DNA from: Eledone cirrhosa
Lineage: Eukaryota
DNA length: 64,000 bases
Reading direction: 5' to 3'
Assembly (NCBI GenBank): GCA_964016885.1
Contig: OZ024740.1
Span: forward strand, 266,042,001-266,106,000
Position 1 is the stretch's first letter. Each line of letters starts with the position of its first letter. Made by a program: the position numbers and the translations under genes. Under the pieces are notes generated by a model, which was not told the DNA's origin, ran no database searches, and saw only the letters and a list, made by a program, of their open reading frames with translations. Of the stretch, positions 42,546 through 57,321 are shown in pieces.

Positions 42546-42794
42546 CATATATATATATATATATACATACATATATATATATGTATATATGTATATATAC
42601 TTATATATATATGTGTACATATATATATACATATATTATATATATGTGTATATATATATACATATATATATATATGTGTATATATATATATATATGTATA
42701 TATATGTATAAATATATATATATATATACACATATATATATATATGTATATGTACATATATATATGCACACACCCATATCTATCTATATATATG

Positions 42795-42849
<55 letters not shown>

Positions 42850-42930
42850 GTGTGTGTGTGTATATATATATATATATGTGTGTGTATGCATATATATATA
42901 TATGTGTGTAGTTATATGTATGTACGTATT

Positions 42931-42978
<48 letters not shown>

Positions 42979-43255
42979 CGTTTGTAAGTATGTCTGCATG
43001 TGTACTTTTTTGTATCTGCCTATGTGCGTTTGTTTCTGTGTACGTATATGTCTGTATTTATGAGTGTGTGCACATGTGTAGTCTGTGTGTGTGTGTGTGT
43101 GTGTGTGTATGTTAGTTTGTGTTGCATCTGTGCCATAAACACCGGAGGTTGTCCTAGCTGCTGTTTTCGCTGAAGGAGACACCGGGACATCACATTGCGA
43201 ACAAAATTCATTTCCCAGATCAATTCTTTTCATGTTAGGGAAGCATTTCTTATTA

Positions 43256-45540
43256 AATTGTTGTCGTCGTCGTTGTTGTTGTTATTGTTAGTGTTGTTGG
43301 TGGTGTTGTTGTTGGTGGTCATGTTGTCGTTGTTGTTGTTGGTGTTGTTGGTGGTGCTGTTGTTGTTGGTGTTGTTGTTGTTGTTGGTGGTGATGTTGTC
43401 GTTGTTGTTGTTGGTGTTGTTGGTGATGTTGTTGTTATTGGTGGTGGCGTTGTCGTCGTCGTTGTTGTTGTTATTGTTAGTGTTGTTGGTGGTGTTGTTG
43501 TTGGTGGTGATGTTGTTGCTGCTGTTGGTGTTGTTGTTGTTGGTGGTGTTGTTGTTGGTGGTGATGTTGGTGTTACTGGTGGTGATGTTGTTGGTGGTGG
43601 CGTCGTTGTTGGTGGTGATGTTGTTGTTGGCGGTGGTGTTGTTGTTGTTGGTGGTGGCGTTGTTGTTGGTGATGTTGATGTTGTTGGTGGTGGTGATGTT
43701 GTTGGTGATGTTGTTGGTGGTGGTGTTGTTGTTGTTGGTGGTGATGTTGTTGTTGGTGGTGGCGTTGTTGTTGGTGGTGGCGTTGTTGGTGGTGGCGTCG
43801 TTGGTGGTGGTGATGTTGTTGTTGGTGGTGATGTTGGTGTTGGTGGTGGCGTTGTTGTTGGTGATGTCGTTGTTGGTGGTGGCGTCGTTGGTGGTGGTGA
43901 TGTTGTTGGTGTTGGTGTTGTTGGTGGTGTTGTTGTTGGTGGTGGTGATGTTGGTGTTGTTGGTGGTGATGTTGTTGGTGGTGGTGATGTTGTTGGTGGT
44001 GGTCATGTTGTTGTTGGTGGTGGCGTTGTTGTTGGTGGTGGTGGTGTTGTTGGTGGTGATGTTGGTGTTGTTGGTGCTGGTGTTGTTGGTGGTGGTGATG
44101 TTGTTGGTGGTGATGTTGTTGGTTGTGTTCTTGGTGTTGTTGTTGGTGGTGGTGATGTCGTTGAAGGTGGTGATGTTGGTGTTGTTGTTATTGGTATTGT
44201 TGTTGGTGGTGGTGATGTTGTTGGTGGTGATGTTGTTGTTGGTGTTGTTGTTGGTGGTGATGTTGTTGGTGGTGTTGTTGTTGGTGGTGATGTTGGTGAT
44301 GTTGTTGTTGGTGGTGGTGTGGTTGGTGGTGTTGTTGTTGGTGGTGGTGTTGTTGGTGGTGTTGTTGTTGGTGGTGATGTTGTTGGTGGTGTTGTTGTTG
44401 GTGGTGATGTTGGTGATGTTGTTGTTGGTGGTGGTGTGGTTGGTGGTGTTGTTGTTGGTGGTGGTGTTGTTGGTGGTGTTGTTGTTGGTGGTGATGTTGG
44501 TGATGTTGTTGTTGGTGGTGATGTTGTTGTTGGTGGTGGTGTTGTTGGTGGTGTTGTTGTTGGTGGTGGTGTTGTTGGTGGTGTTGTTGTTGGTGGTGAT
44601 GTTGGTGATGTTGTTGTTGGTGGTGATGTTGTTGTTGGTGTTGTTGTTGGTGGTGGTGTTGTTGGTGGTGTTGTTGTTGGTGGTGGTGTTGTTGGTGGTG
44701 TTGTTGTTGGTGGTGATGTTGGTGATGTTGTTGTTGGTGGTGATGTTGTTGTTGGTGGTGGTGTTGTTGGTGGTGTTGTTGTTGGTGGTGATGTTGTTGT
44801 TGTTGTTGTTGGTGATGTTGTTGGTGGTGTTGTTGTTGGTGGAGTTGTTGTTGGTGGTGGTGGTGTTGTTGCTGGTGGTGTTGTTGTTGGTGTTGTTGTT
44901 GATGATGTTGTTGGTGGTGTTGTTGTTGGTGGAGTTGTTGTTGGTGGAGTTGTTGTTGGTGGTGTTGTTGTTGGTGGTGGTGGTGTTGTTGCTGGTGGTG
45001 TTGTTGTTGGTGTTGTTGCTGGTGGTGTTTTTGTTGGTGGAGTTGTTGTTTGTGGTGTTGTTGTTGGTGGTGGTGGTGTTGTTGCTGGTGGTGTTGTTGT
45101 TGGTGTTGTTGTTGATGATGTTGTTGGTGGTGTTGTTGTTGGTGGAGTTGTTGTTGGTGGAGTTGTTGTTGGTGGTGTTGTTGTTGGTGGTGGTGGTGTT
45201 GTTGCTGGTGGTGTTGTTGTTGGTGTTGTTGCTGGTGGTGTTTTTGTTGGTGGAGTTGTTGTTTGTGGTGTTGTTGTTGGTGGTGGTGGTGTTGTTGCTG
45301 GTGGTGTTGTTGTTGGTGTTGTTGCTGGTGGTGTTGTTGTTGGTGGTGTTGTTGTTGTTGGTGGTGTTGTTGTTGGTGGTGGTGTTGTTGCTGGTGGTGT
45401 TGTTTTGTTGTTGGTGGTGTTGTTGTTGGTGTTGTTGTTGGTGGTGTTGTTGTTGGTGGTGATGCTGGTGCTGGTGGTGTTGTTGCTGGTGTTGTTGTTG
45501 CTGGTGGTGTTGTTGTTGGTGGTGATGCTGGTGCTGGTGG
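43256..45540. repeat. 2.3-kb cryptic trinucleotide repeat (GTT/GGT/GAT)
   Basis: Seen directly in the sequence. Open in several frames on both strands. Confidence 0.95.
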
Positions 45541-45614
45541 AACGGATATGATGACATCGAAGGAAGAGAGATGGTAACAGCGAGTAGGAAAGACAATGGT
45601 CGTTTAAACATTTA

Positions 45615-45734
<120 letters not shown>

Positions 45735-45828
45735 TTATATGCATGTATATATATATATATGTATATATATATATACATATATGTATATATATATATATAT
45801 ACATATATACATACATACATACACACAC

Positions 45829-45874
<46 letters not shown>

Positions 45875-45898
45875 CCACACATATATATATATATATAA

Positions 45899-45979
<81 letters not shown>

Positions 45980-46383
45980 ATATATATATATTTATTATTT
46001 ATATATGTATATATGTATGTATGTATGTATGTAAATGTATATATATTCATATATAAAATATATGTGAGTGTAATCATGGTTTGCTTTCTTATCATACCTT
46101 ATAATATTTGTTTTACTTTGTTTTGTTCAGTTTGTCTGTATTTTTGTTGGCTTACATATTGTTGTTCTTTATTCTTTTATCTGTTGTTGCGGGGTTTTTG
46201 TTGTTGTCTTTTGTTGTTTTATTTTCGCATCACCTCATTTTCTCCCTCACTCTATTAAGTTGTTTGCGTCGACCAAAAGACCTCAATCAATTGACTAGGA
46301 ACAGCATGAACTCTATATAACATACACAGAGACACAAAGTCATATAGACGTATAATCATCAACACACACACACACTCACACAC

Positions 46384-46416
<33 letters not shown>

Positions 46417-46476
46417 CAGAGAGAGAGAGAGGCAGAGAGAGAGAGGCAGAGAGAGAGAGAGAGTGAGAGAGAGATT

Positions 46477-46526
<50 letters not shown>

Positions 46527-46552
46527 GGAGAGAGAGTGTTTATGTATATACT

Positions 46553-46632
46553 CACACACATACATATATACATATATTTATAATCATACATATATATGTA
46601 AATATATAAACATGCGCACACATATAAGTGCG

Positions 46633-46706
<74 letters not shown>

Positions 46707-46787
46707 CGCACGTATATGTGTGCGCATGTTTATATATTTACATATATATGTATGATTATAAATATATGTATATATGTATGTGTGTGA
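46553..46787. repeat. Inverted duplication of ~85 bp around a central (TA)n
   Basis: ..ATAAACATGCGCACACATATAAGTGCGGTG(TA)nCACACCGCACGTATATGTGTGCGCATGTTTAT.. Confidence 0.85.
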
Positions 46788-47039
46788 ATAAGAATAATAT
46801 TATTAACATTAGGTTCGTTTGCAAGTCAACAGCCTCATGACAATATGTGTGTTTTCTAGATGACTGATGTCAGCGGTAGCTGAGAGAGCATAGTCGACAA
46901 TTGTTTTGGAGTTATTGCCCTTTATACAGCGTATGTATCTCTCGTCACTGCTACCTGCTGGAACTGCCGAGAATGCCTTGTATTGTCAAAGGTATACATC
47001 GGCTGATTAACATAATATGTATATAATCAGCCGATGTAT

Positions 47040-50000
47040 ACGATAAGGACATGTGATAGAATGCTTAATCTATTGTGACCAGCGATGGATAAGAACATCT
47101 GATAGTTTGGTAGTCTGGTCAGTCCATTGTCACCATTGAGGTATAAGGACTTCTAATAGATTTATCTATACATCGTGATCCGTGATATATAAGGAAACCT
47201 GATAGCCTGACATTCTAGTGTGAACAGTAAAAAATATCTGATAGCCTCTTTTGTGACCAGTGATATGCAAGGACATCTGATTATTTGGTCCATCTATTGT
47301 CACCAGCAATGTATAAGGGCATCTGAGAGTCTGGTCAAACATTTATGACCAGCAGTGCATAAGGACATCTGGTAGTCTGGTCAAATTAATGTGACCAGTG
47401 ATGTATAAAGACATCTGATTATCTGGTCACTCTACTGTTACTAACAATATATAAGAACATCTGATAGACTGTTCAATTTATTCTGACTAGCGATATACAA
47501 GGATATCTGATACTCTGGGCAGTCATTTATGACCAGCGATGTACAAGGACATCTGATACTCTGGGCAGTCATTTAAGACCAGCGATGTACAACGGCATCT
47601 GTTACTCTGGGCAGTCATTTATGACTAGCGATGTACAAGGACATCTGGTACTCAGGGCAGTCATTTAAGACCAGCGATGTACAACAGCATCTGATAGTCT
47701 GGGCACTCATTTATGACCAGCGATGTATTAGGACATCTGATAGTCTGGTCAATCTATTGTGACTATAGATATATATAGACATTTGATGTCCTAGTCAATC
47801 GATTATGAACAGTTATGTGTAAGTACATCTCATAGTCTGGACATATGATAGTCTGGTCAATTTATTGTGACCAGTCTATCAGATGTTATATATAGCTGGT
47901 AATAATATATTGTGTAACAGATGTCTTGATACATCGCTGGTCATAAAAGATTGACAAGACTATCAGATGTCCTTGTGCGTAACTGGACATAATAGATGGA
48001 TGAGACTATCAGATGTCCTTATACATCAGATGTCATAAGAGATTGACCAGATTATCCGATGTACTTATACATCACAATATATAGACTACTAGATGTCCAT
48101 ATAGACTGATGGTCACATTATATTGTCCAGACTATCATATGTCCTTATACATCATTGGTCACAAGAGACCTACGAGTCTATCAGGTGTCTTTATCACATG
48201 TCATAATAAATTGACCTGACAATCATATGTCCTTATACATCACTAGTCCCTATAAATTGACCAGCCTTCCAGATGTCCTTATACATCATTGGTCACAATA
48301 CATTGGCCAGACTGTAACATGACCTTGTATATCACTTGTCACAAGAAAATGACCAGACAATCAGATGTCCTTGTACATCCCTGATGACAATGGTTCGACC
48401 AAACTATCAGATATCCTTATACATCGCTAGTCACAATGGATTGACCAGACTATTAGATGTCCTTGTACACAGCTGGTCACAATAGATTGAACAGTCTATC
48501 ACATCTCTTTATAGATTGCTCATCAGAATAGATTGAAAAGAGTATGAGATGTACTTATACATCGCTGACCATCAATGATTGGCAAGACCTTAAACATATC
48601 CTTAAACATCGCTGGACTCAATAGATTGACCAGGCTATCAGATGGCCTGGTGACAAGAGATTGACTATCAGATTTCATTATACTGCGCTGGTCATAAATG
48701 ATGGACCTGACATTAAGTTGTTCTCATACATTGCTGGTCACAATGGTTTCACCGAACTATCAGATGTCCTTATACATCGCTGGACTCAATAGATTGACCA
48801 GACTATAAGTTATTATCATACATCGCTGGTTACAAATAATTGACCAGACTCTCTGATGTCCTTATATGTCTATGATCAGAACAGCTTGACCAGAATATCA
48901 GATTTCTTTATACATTTCTGGGCTTAAATATTTGACCAGACTGTCATCTCTTGTCACAATAAATTGACCAGACATTCAGATGTCTTTACACAGCGCTAAT
49001 CATAAATGATTGACCAAACAATCAGATGTCTTTATATATCGCTGGTTTCAAAATTACTGACCGGTCAACCAGACTCTCTGATGTCCATGTACTTACCTGG
49101 TCACAATAGTTTTACCAAACTATCAGATGCCTTATAAATCGCTGGTCACAATAAATTGACCAGACTGTCAGATGTCCTTATTCAGTGTTGGTTTCAAAAG
49201 ATTGACCGGTCTACAAGACTATTAGACGTCCTTATACGATGCTGGTCATAATAGATTGACCTGGCTATGAGATGTCCTTGTACATCTCTGGTCACAATAA
49301 ATTGACCAGAGTACCAGATGTTCTTATGCACTGCTGGTCACAATAGATGGACCAGACTATCAGACGTCCTTATATGTCGATGGTCACAATAGTCTAACCA
49401 GAATATCAGATGCCGTTTCACATTGCTGGTCTTCAAGGATTGATCAGACTATCAGATGTCCTTATACATCACTATTCAGAATAGATTGACCTGACTATTA
49501 GGTTCCCTTTTACATTGCTGGTCACAATAGAGTTGCCAGACTATCAGATGTCCTTATATATTGCTGGCCACAATAGAGTTGCCAGACTATCAGATGTCCT
49601 TATATATTGCTGGTCACAATAGAGTTGCCAGACTATCAGATGTCCTTATACATCACTATTCAGAATAGATTGACCTGACTATTAGGTTCCCTTTTACATT
49701 GCTGGTCACAATAGAGATGCCAGACTATCAGACGTCCTTATATATTGCTGGTCACAATAGAGTTGCCAGACTATCAGACGTCCTTATATATTGCTGGTCA
49801 CAATAGAGATGCCAGACTATCAGACGTCCTTATATATTACTGGTCACAATAGAGTTCCCAGACTATCAGACGTCCTTATATATTGCTGGTCACAATAGAG
49901 ATGCCAGACTATCAGACGTCCTTATATATTGCTGGTCACAATAGAGTTCCCAGACTATCCGACGTCCTTATATATTGCTGGTCACAATAGAGTTGCCAGA

Positions 50001-51046
50001 CTATCAGACGTCTTTATATATTGCTGGTCACAATAGAGTTGCCAGACTATCAGATGTCCTTATACATCACTATTCAGAATAGATTGACCTGACTATTAGG
50101 TTCCCTTTTACATTGCTGGTCACAATAGAGATGCCAGACTATCAGACGTCCTTATATATTACTGGTCACAATAGAGTTCCCAGACTATCAGACGTCCTTA
50201 TATATTGCTGGTCACAATAGAGATGCCAGACTATCAGACGTCCTTATATATTACTGGTCACAATAGAGTTCCCAGACTATCAGACGTCCTTATATATTGC
50301 TGGTCACAATAGAGATGCCAGACTATCAGACGTCCTTATATATTGCTGGTCACAATAGAGTTCCCAGACTATCCGACGTCCTTATATATTGCTGGTCACA
50401 ATAGAGTTGCCAGACTATCAGACGTCTTTATATATTGCTGGTCACAATAGAGTTGCCAGACTATCAGATGTCCTTATACATCACTATTCAGAATAGATTG
50501 ACCTGACTATTAGGTTCCCTTTTACATTGCTGGTCACAATAGAGATGCCAGACTATCAGACGTCCTTATATATTACTGGTCACAATAGAGTTCCCAGACT
50601 ATCAGACGTCCTTATATATTGCTGGTCACAATAGAGTTGCCAGACTATCAGACGTCTTTATATATTGCTGGTCACAATAGAGTTCCCAGACTATCAGACG
50701 TCCTTATATATTGCTGGTCACAATAGAGTTGCCAGACTATCAGACGTCCTTATATATTGCTGGTCACAATAGAGATGCCAGACTATCAGACGTCCTTATA
50801 TATTGCTGGTCACAATAGAGTTGCCAGACTATCATATGTCCTTATATATTGCTGGTCACAATAGAGTTGCCAGACTATCAGACGTCCTTATATATTGCTG
50901 GTCACAATAGAGTTGCCAGACTATCATATGTCCTTATATATAGCTGGTCACAATAGAGTTCCCAGACTATCAGACGTCCTTATATATTGCTGGTCACAAT
51001 AGAGTTCCCAGACTATCATATGTCCTTATATATAGCTGGTCACAAT
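47040..51046. repeat. 46-bp minisatellite, ~4 kb, with an orientation switch near 47872 and higher-order repeats at the right end
   Basis: Unit CTGGTCACAATAGAGTTGCCAGACTATCAGACGTCCTTATATATTG. A variant unit occurs at 49467, 49651, 50065 and 50479 (spacings 184, 414, 414 = 4, 9, 9 units). Confidence 0.95.
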
Positions 51047-51393
51047 GCTCTTGCATTTCACCCTTGATTACACGCTTCTCTCTCATTTGAACCCGAATTG
51101 TTTGACTGTTGGTTTGATGGTCTCCTGAGTTGTCTCTTCCAATCTCCTGCACAGCAATCGACAATTTAACGAGTTCAATTGTTTTCCGCAAACCCTGTGT
51201 CATATCTAGCCCAGGGGAACTTGTGCTTCTGTATTCGACAATTACTCGTTTCTGAAAATAGATAATAATATATGGAACGGACAAACAGAACAGGGTAGTA
51301 TCCAAAACATTGGTGTTGAAAAACTACGTCGAGTAATTTGGATCACAATCACTGCAGTCTTTCCGATCAACCGTAAAATTGCGGAGATTGATC

Positions 51394-52013
51394 CTTGCTG
51401 TGATACCCGGCGTTGCACGGGATAAGGTATTTTGGGACGTGGGCCGCCAACAGACCTAATCGTGGAAAAACTGCATGCCTGGACAATATGTAAAGAAAAT
51501 AAACCGAATACTCTGATGGATAGATAATCTTTAAGATTTTCCTCGATGAAGAAGGAAAAATGCAGGTTTTCACCTAATGCGGGCCCTAGGGGATCAAGAA
51601 AATGAATTTTTTTTATGTGCATAATATGCCTTGAAATTCCGGGAGAATCGGCTAGACGTAACACCTTAAAAATGCCCTAAAAGGCTGAAAAAATTAAGCT
51701 TTTCACCTAGGCCATAAAAAAGTTGGATTCTCTTTGCTTACGGTATGAAGAAGAGACTGACTAATATATAGTTATAATTTCAAGGAAATCGGTCTGACGT
51801 AACGCCTAAAAAACCCTAAAAAGCTGAAAAAACGCAGTTTTTCACCTAATGCGGGCCCTAGGGGATCAAAAAGTTGAATTTTGTTGCATAACACTCCTTG
51901 AAACATAAGTAATACACATGTAAAGTTTGAAAAAAATCGGTTGGGTACTTTTCAAGTTTTAGGGATTCAAACTCACAGACACACACACACATCCTCAGTT
52001 TTATATATAGAGA
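51394..52013 (-). mobile_element. Non-autonomous Helitron-like element
   Basis: Minus strand begins A|TCTCTATATATAAAA and ends with hairpin CCCGTGCAACGCCGGG plus a decayed CTAG. Internal direct repeat at 51566 and 51838. Confidence 0.65.
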
Positions 52014-52054
52014 TAAGTTTATATATTTATATATATATATATATATATACACGT

Positions 52055-52093
<39 letters not shown>

Positions 52094-52114
52094 TACACAC
52101 ATATATATATATAT

Positions 52115-52272
<158 letters not shown>

Positions 52273-52285
52273 TTATATGTGTGTG

Positions 52286-52392
<107 letters not shown>

Positions 52393-53627
52393 GTGTGTTC
52401 GTGTGTATGTATCTCATAGTTTCTTTCTCTGTGTATATAACACATTCTCACATAATCTGCTGAACTAATAAGTTTGCTATGTTTAATTCTTTGTTTATTT
52501 TCGCCCAGAGGCGACGCTCATTGGTGTTGTTATTTCTTAGATAGATTGGTTGATAAACTGAGAGATTAACAAATATATGTTGAAAACATAATACAAATAC
52601 TGATTAACTCTATGGTAAAAATAGTTATAGTTCAAGTAAAACTACGATGACCATCATAGTAATATAATTGCTTTATCTACACTAATATATGACTTTAGTT
52701 CCAGCTAGGTCCTGTCAACAAATTCTCCATGCGGATTTAATACACAGCATATCTCGGATATCTGAATGGTTAAAATGCTAGCAGAAGTACACCCAGGAGT
52801 GTAAGAATGTATAGGCCGAAACACTCACTGGAGGGGTTTTCTTCTCTGAAGACATTCTGCTATCCAGCTCTCCTGGATGTTTCTTATCACTAACCGAAAT
52901 GTTATGCTTCGTAGCTTTTTTGTAAACTGTACATGTCGACGTACAGCTTCAAACTAGCAAACAAGGAAGCCTTAATGTGGTAGCTTGTTCTACCAGAGAT
53001 ATCAGTCAAATCACCCTCAAAACACCCCTTATAGTGTTATCAAAGAAGACTACATTCGAGAATATAGTCCTATATATATATATATATATATATTATATCT
53101 GAAAATAAGGACGCAGACATGGAAGAGGTAAAGACACAGAAAATCATACATATACATACATACACGTATAACATATATCTACATACTTTATATTCAGACT
53201 TGACGCCTGCTTATTTAGCACCTTAAGCTATCTCCACAATACCCCTCCCCTCCCCCCCACACACACACACTTTTTTCTCAGTTATGTGCCCTATTTTTCC
53301 AAATAAAATAATTTCAACTTACAGTTTCGTAAGCTGACAAACTTAATTTCGCCACACTAAGAGAATTTGCTTATTTTTAATCTTTTCCTTATTGTTCATA
53401 TTTCAGATTATATTTTGCTCTATTTTTTACACAAGTTCATCTTATTTTACATCTTCCTAGAATGTATCTTTCGTTTGATGTAATTCTCCGGTACACATTT
53501 TGATGTATATATAATTTAGAAACATGCTTTTATTACTAGCAAACTATTAATGAAACAGACAGATAGAGAGAAAGAGACAGACAGGGTGTCACTCCAGTGT
53601 GTTACGATCGTTTATACACACACACAG

Positions 53628-53688
<61 letters not shown>

Positions 53689-54026
53689 CGTGTGTGTGCG
53701 TGTGTGTGTGTGTATACATATGTATATATACATATGTATTTTAGACGTATTACATATATACAAATACCTCTATACATAATTTGCTATACAAATTCATGTG
53801 AATTCCTTGTTTCTTGATATTTGTATAATTTCAATACAAGTAGATCATTATATATTTATAATTTGAATATGTGTTTTAAAATATATAGATACATAAGAAT
53901 ATGTATATAGGTTCTCATACAAGGCATAGAAACTGAATTATTAATGAGAACAATTTTTGTTAACTATAAACATACATTCACACACCCACCCACACAGTAG
54001 AGGTATATATATATATATATATGAGG

Positions 54027-54058
<32 letters not shown>

Positions 54059-55017
54059 CATGTGTGTTTGTCTGTGTATGTGCATGTGTGTGTGTGCATG
54101 TTTGTACGCGTGTGTGTGTATGTGTGTATGTATGTATATATATATCTATATATGTATGTATATATATATATATCGTATATGCCGGCGTACAAATCGATCC
54201 GGCGCATAGATTGACCCCTAAAATTCTGAGGTGTAATTCAGGTTAAGGCATATATTCGTCGGATAAGACGATCAGTATTTTATATATATACCGGTATATA
54301 TATAAAATACTGAAATGAAGTCATCGGATATGATCGAAGATCTTTGATCGCTTTCCCATTCACTCAATGTTTTAATTAAGCTAGTATCATTAATACCAAC
54401 GCAAATGAAAACAGAGTGCACACTAATATGTTGAATAGTGAGAAGAACGATTTCATGTGGGTAGAGAAATAGATTCCCTCTTCCGGGACTAATTAATTAG
54501 TTTCCACTGCTCCATCTGTTGGCGGCAGTCTATATTGAGCTGGCGTTCACAAAAAATTAGGTAATGCCTTACGTAATTTCGGCTAAGAGTAGCTTCATCA
54601 GAGAGAAAAATTACCCTCTTCGGAACAAGTTGCTGCCTACCTGTCCTGGTATGAGATCACCATTACACTAGTAATCTTCACTCTCAGTGTCATATGACAG
54701 TGAGGTGGAAGCATCAGACACATACTGCTTCAAAGAGCACACTGACACATTTCACAAAATGAACAGAAAAAGTGCGCCAAAAACTACTCGACCAGGGCTT
54801 TCAAGTAGCAAACAATTAATAAAATCAATATGCAAACTATAATAAACAGAGTAAAACTTTATCTTACAATTTAGATACGGGTTATGCTTGGAAATTTAAA
54901 TAATAATACTGAAACGAAGTCGTCGAATTTGACCGAAAATATTCACTCGATATTTGAATTAAGCTAGTATCCTTAAAATTGTAAATATATATATACATAT
55001 ATATATGTGTGTATATA

Positions 55018-55105
<88 letters not shown>

Positions 55106-55166
55106 ATATATATATATGTATATAGATATAGATATATATAGATATATATATATATATATATATTCA

Positions 55167-55288
<122 letters not shown>

Positions 55289-55324
55289 TATAGATATATA
55301 GATATATATATATATGTATGTATG

Positions 55325-55380
<56 letters not shown>

Positions 55381-55381
<1 letters not shown>

Positions 55382-57321
55382 CAATTAAGTTAAAAATGTA
55401 CATCCACATATGTATACTGAAATACTAGTATGCATATGAATACACACACGTATACATATGTAGATGTACCGAGTTTTTCACTGGTCACTTTACTGTGAGT
55501 GTCCAGCTATTCTGTATGTAAACACACAGACAAACCGGTTTTTAGAGTCATACTGGTTTTTGAGGAAACACCTTTCCTCTATTCTCCAGAAAACCAGACA
55601 AGGAATATTGAACTAGTTTCGTTGTTGTTACAACTCATCAGCAATATTTACCTATCTTCCGGCCTTTCTAGAGAATCGTAAAAGCACATATCGTTATATG
55701 CTTTTTCTATGAAAATTAGTAGTGGGCAGACTAATTTGCATAGAGCGTGAGTACGTACCGGTTCAACGGAGACGATAAAAACAAATAACGAAACGAAATT
55801 AAATTTCGTTTCGTTTGTAACTCACTTTTGTATGACTGACGCTTAAACAATTAAGTTAAAAATGTACATCCACATATGTATACTGAAATACTAGTATGCA
55901 TATGAATACACACACGTATACATATGTAGATGTACCGAGTTTTTCACTGGTCACTTTACTGTGAGTGTCCAGCTATTCTGTATGTAAACACACAGACAAA
56001 CCGGTTTTTAGAGTCATACTGGTTTTTGAGGAAACACCTTTCCTCTATTAACCAGTAAGCCAGACAAGGAATATTGAGCTAGTTTCGTTGTTGTTACAAC
56101 TCATCAGCAATATTTACCTATCTTCCGGCCTTTCTAGAGAATCGTAAAAGCACATATCGTTATATGCTTTTTCTATGAAAATTAGTAGTGGGCAGACTAA
56201 TTTGCATAGAGCGTGAGTACGTACCGGTTCAACGGAGTGTATACGTGTGTGTATACGTGTATGTATTCATATGCATACTAGTATTTCAGTATACATATGT
56301 GGATGTACATTTTTAACTTAATTGTTTAAGCGTCAGTCATACAAAAGTGAGTTACAAACGAAACGAAATTTAATTTCGTTTCGTTATTTGTTTTTATCGT
56401 CTCCGTTGAACCGGTACGTACTCACGCTCTATGCAAATTAGTCTGCCCACTACTAATTTTCATAGAAAAAGCATATAACGATATGTGCTTTTACGATTCT
56501 CTAGAAAGGCCGGAAGATAGGTAAATATTGCTGATGAGTTGTAACAACAACGAAACTAGTTCAATATTCCTTGTCTGGCTTTCTGGAGACTAGAGGAAAG
56601 ATGTTTCCTCAAAAACCAGTATGACTCTAAAAACCGGTTTGTCTGTGTGTTTACATACAGAATAGCTGGACACTCACAGTAAAGTGACCAGTGAAAAACT
56701 CGGTACATCTACATATGTATACGTGTGTGTATTCATATGCATACTAGTATTTCAGTATACATATGTGGATGTACATTTTTAACTTAATTGTTTAAGCGTC
56801 AGTCATACAAAAGTGAGTTACAAACGAAACGAAATTTAATTTCGTTTCGTTATTTGTTTTTATCGTCTCCGTTGACCGGTACGTACTCACGCTCTATGCA
56901 AATTAGTTTGCCCACTACTAATTTTCATAGAAAAAGCATATAACGATATGTGCTTTTACGATTCTCTAGAAAGGCCGGAAGATAGGTAAATATTGCTGAT
57001 GAGTTGTAACAACAACGAAACTAGTTCAATATTCCTTGTCTGGCTTTCTGGAGAATAGAGGAAAGGTGTTTCCTCAAAAACCAGTATGACTCTAAAAACC
57101 GGTTTGTCTGTGTGATTACATACAGAATAGCTGGACACTCACAGTAAAGTGACCAGTGAAAAACTCGGTACATCTACATATGTATACGTGTGTGTATTCA
57201 TATGCATACTAGTATTTCAGTATACATATGTGGATGTACATTTTTAACTTAATTGTTTAAGCGTCCATCATACAAAAGTGAGTTACAAACGAAACGAAAT
57301 TTAATTTCGTTTCGTTATTTG

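Noticed and set aside
43195-45462. 755-aa Leu/Val 'membrane protein'
   Set aside because: This is the plus-strand reading of a GTT/GGT repeat.
47040-51046. CRISPR-like array
   Set aside because: Units are contiguous tandem repeats with no unique spacers, there are no cas genes, and the context is eukaryotic.
52790-52860. GAAAC and CTGAAGA motifs with complementary flanks
   Set aside because: The order of elements fits no hammerhead topology.
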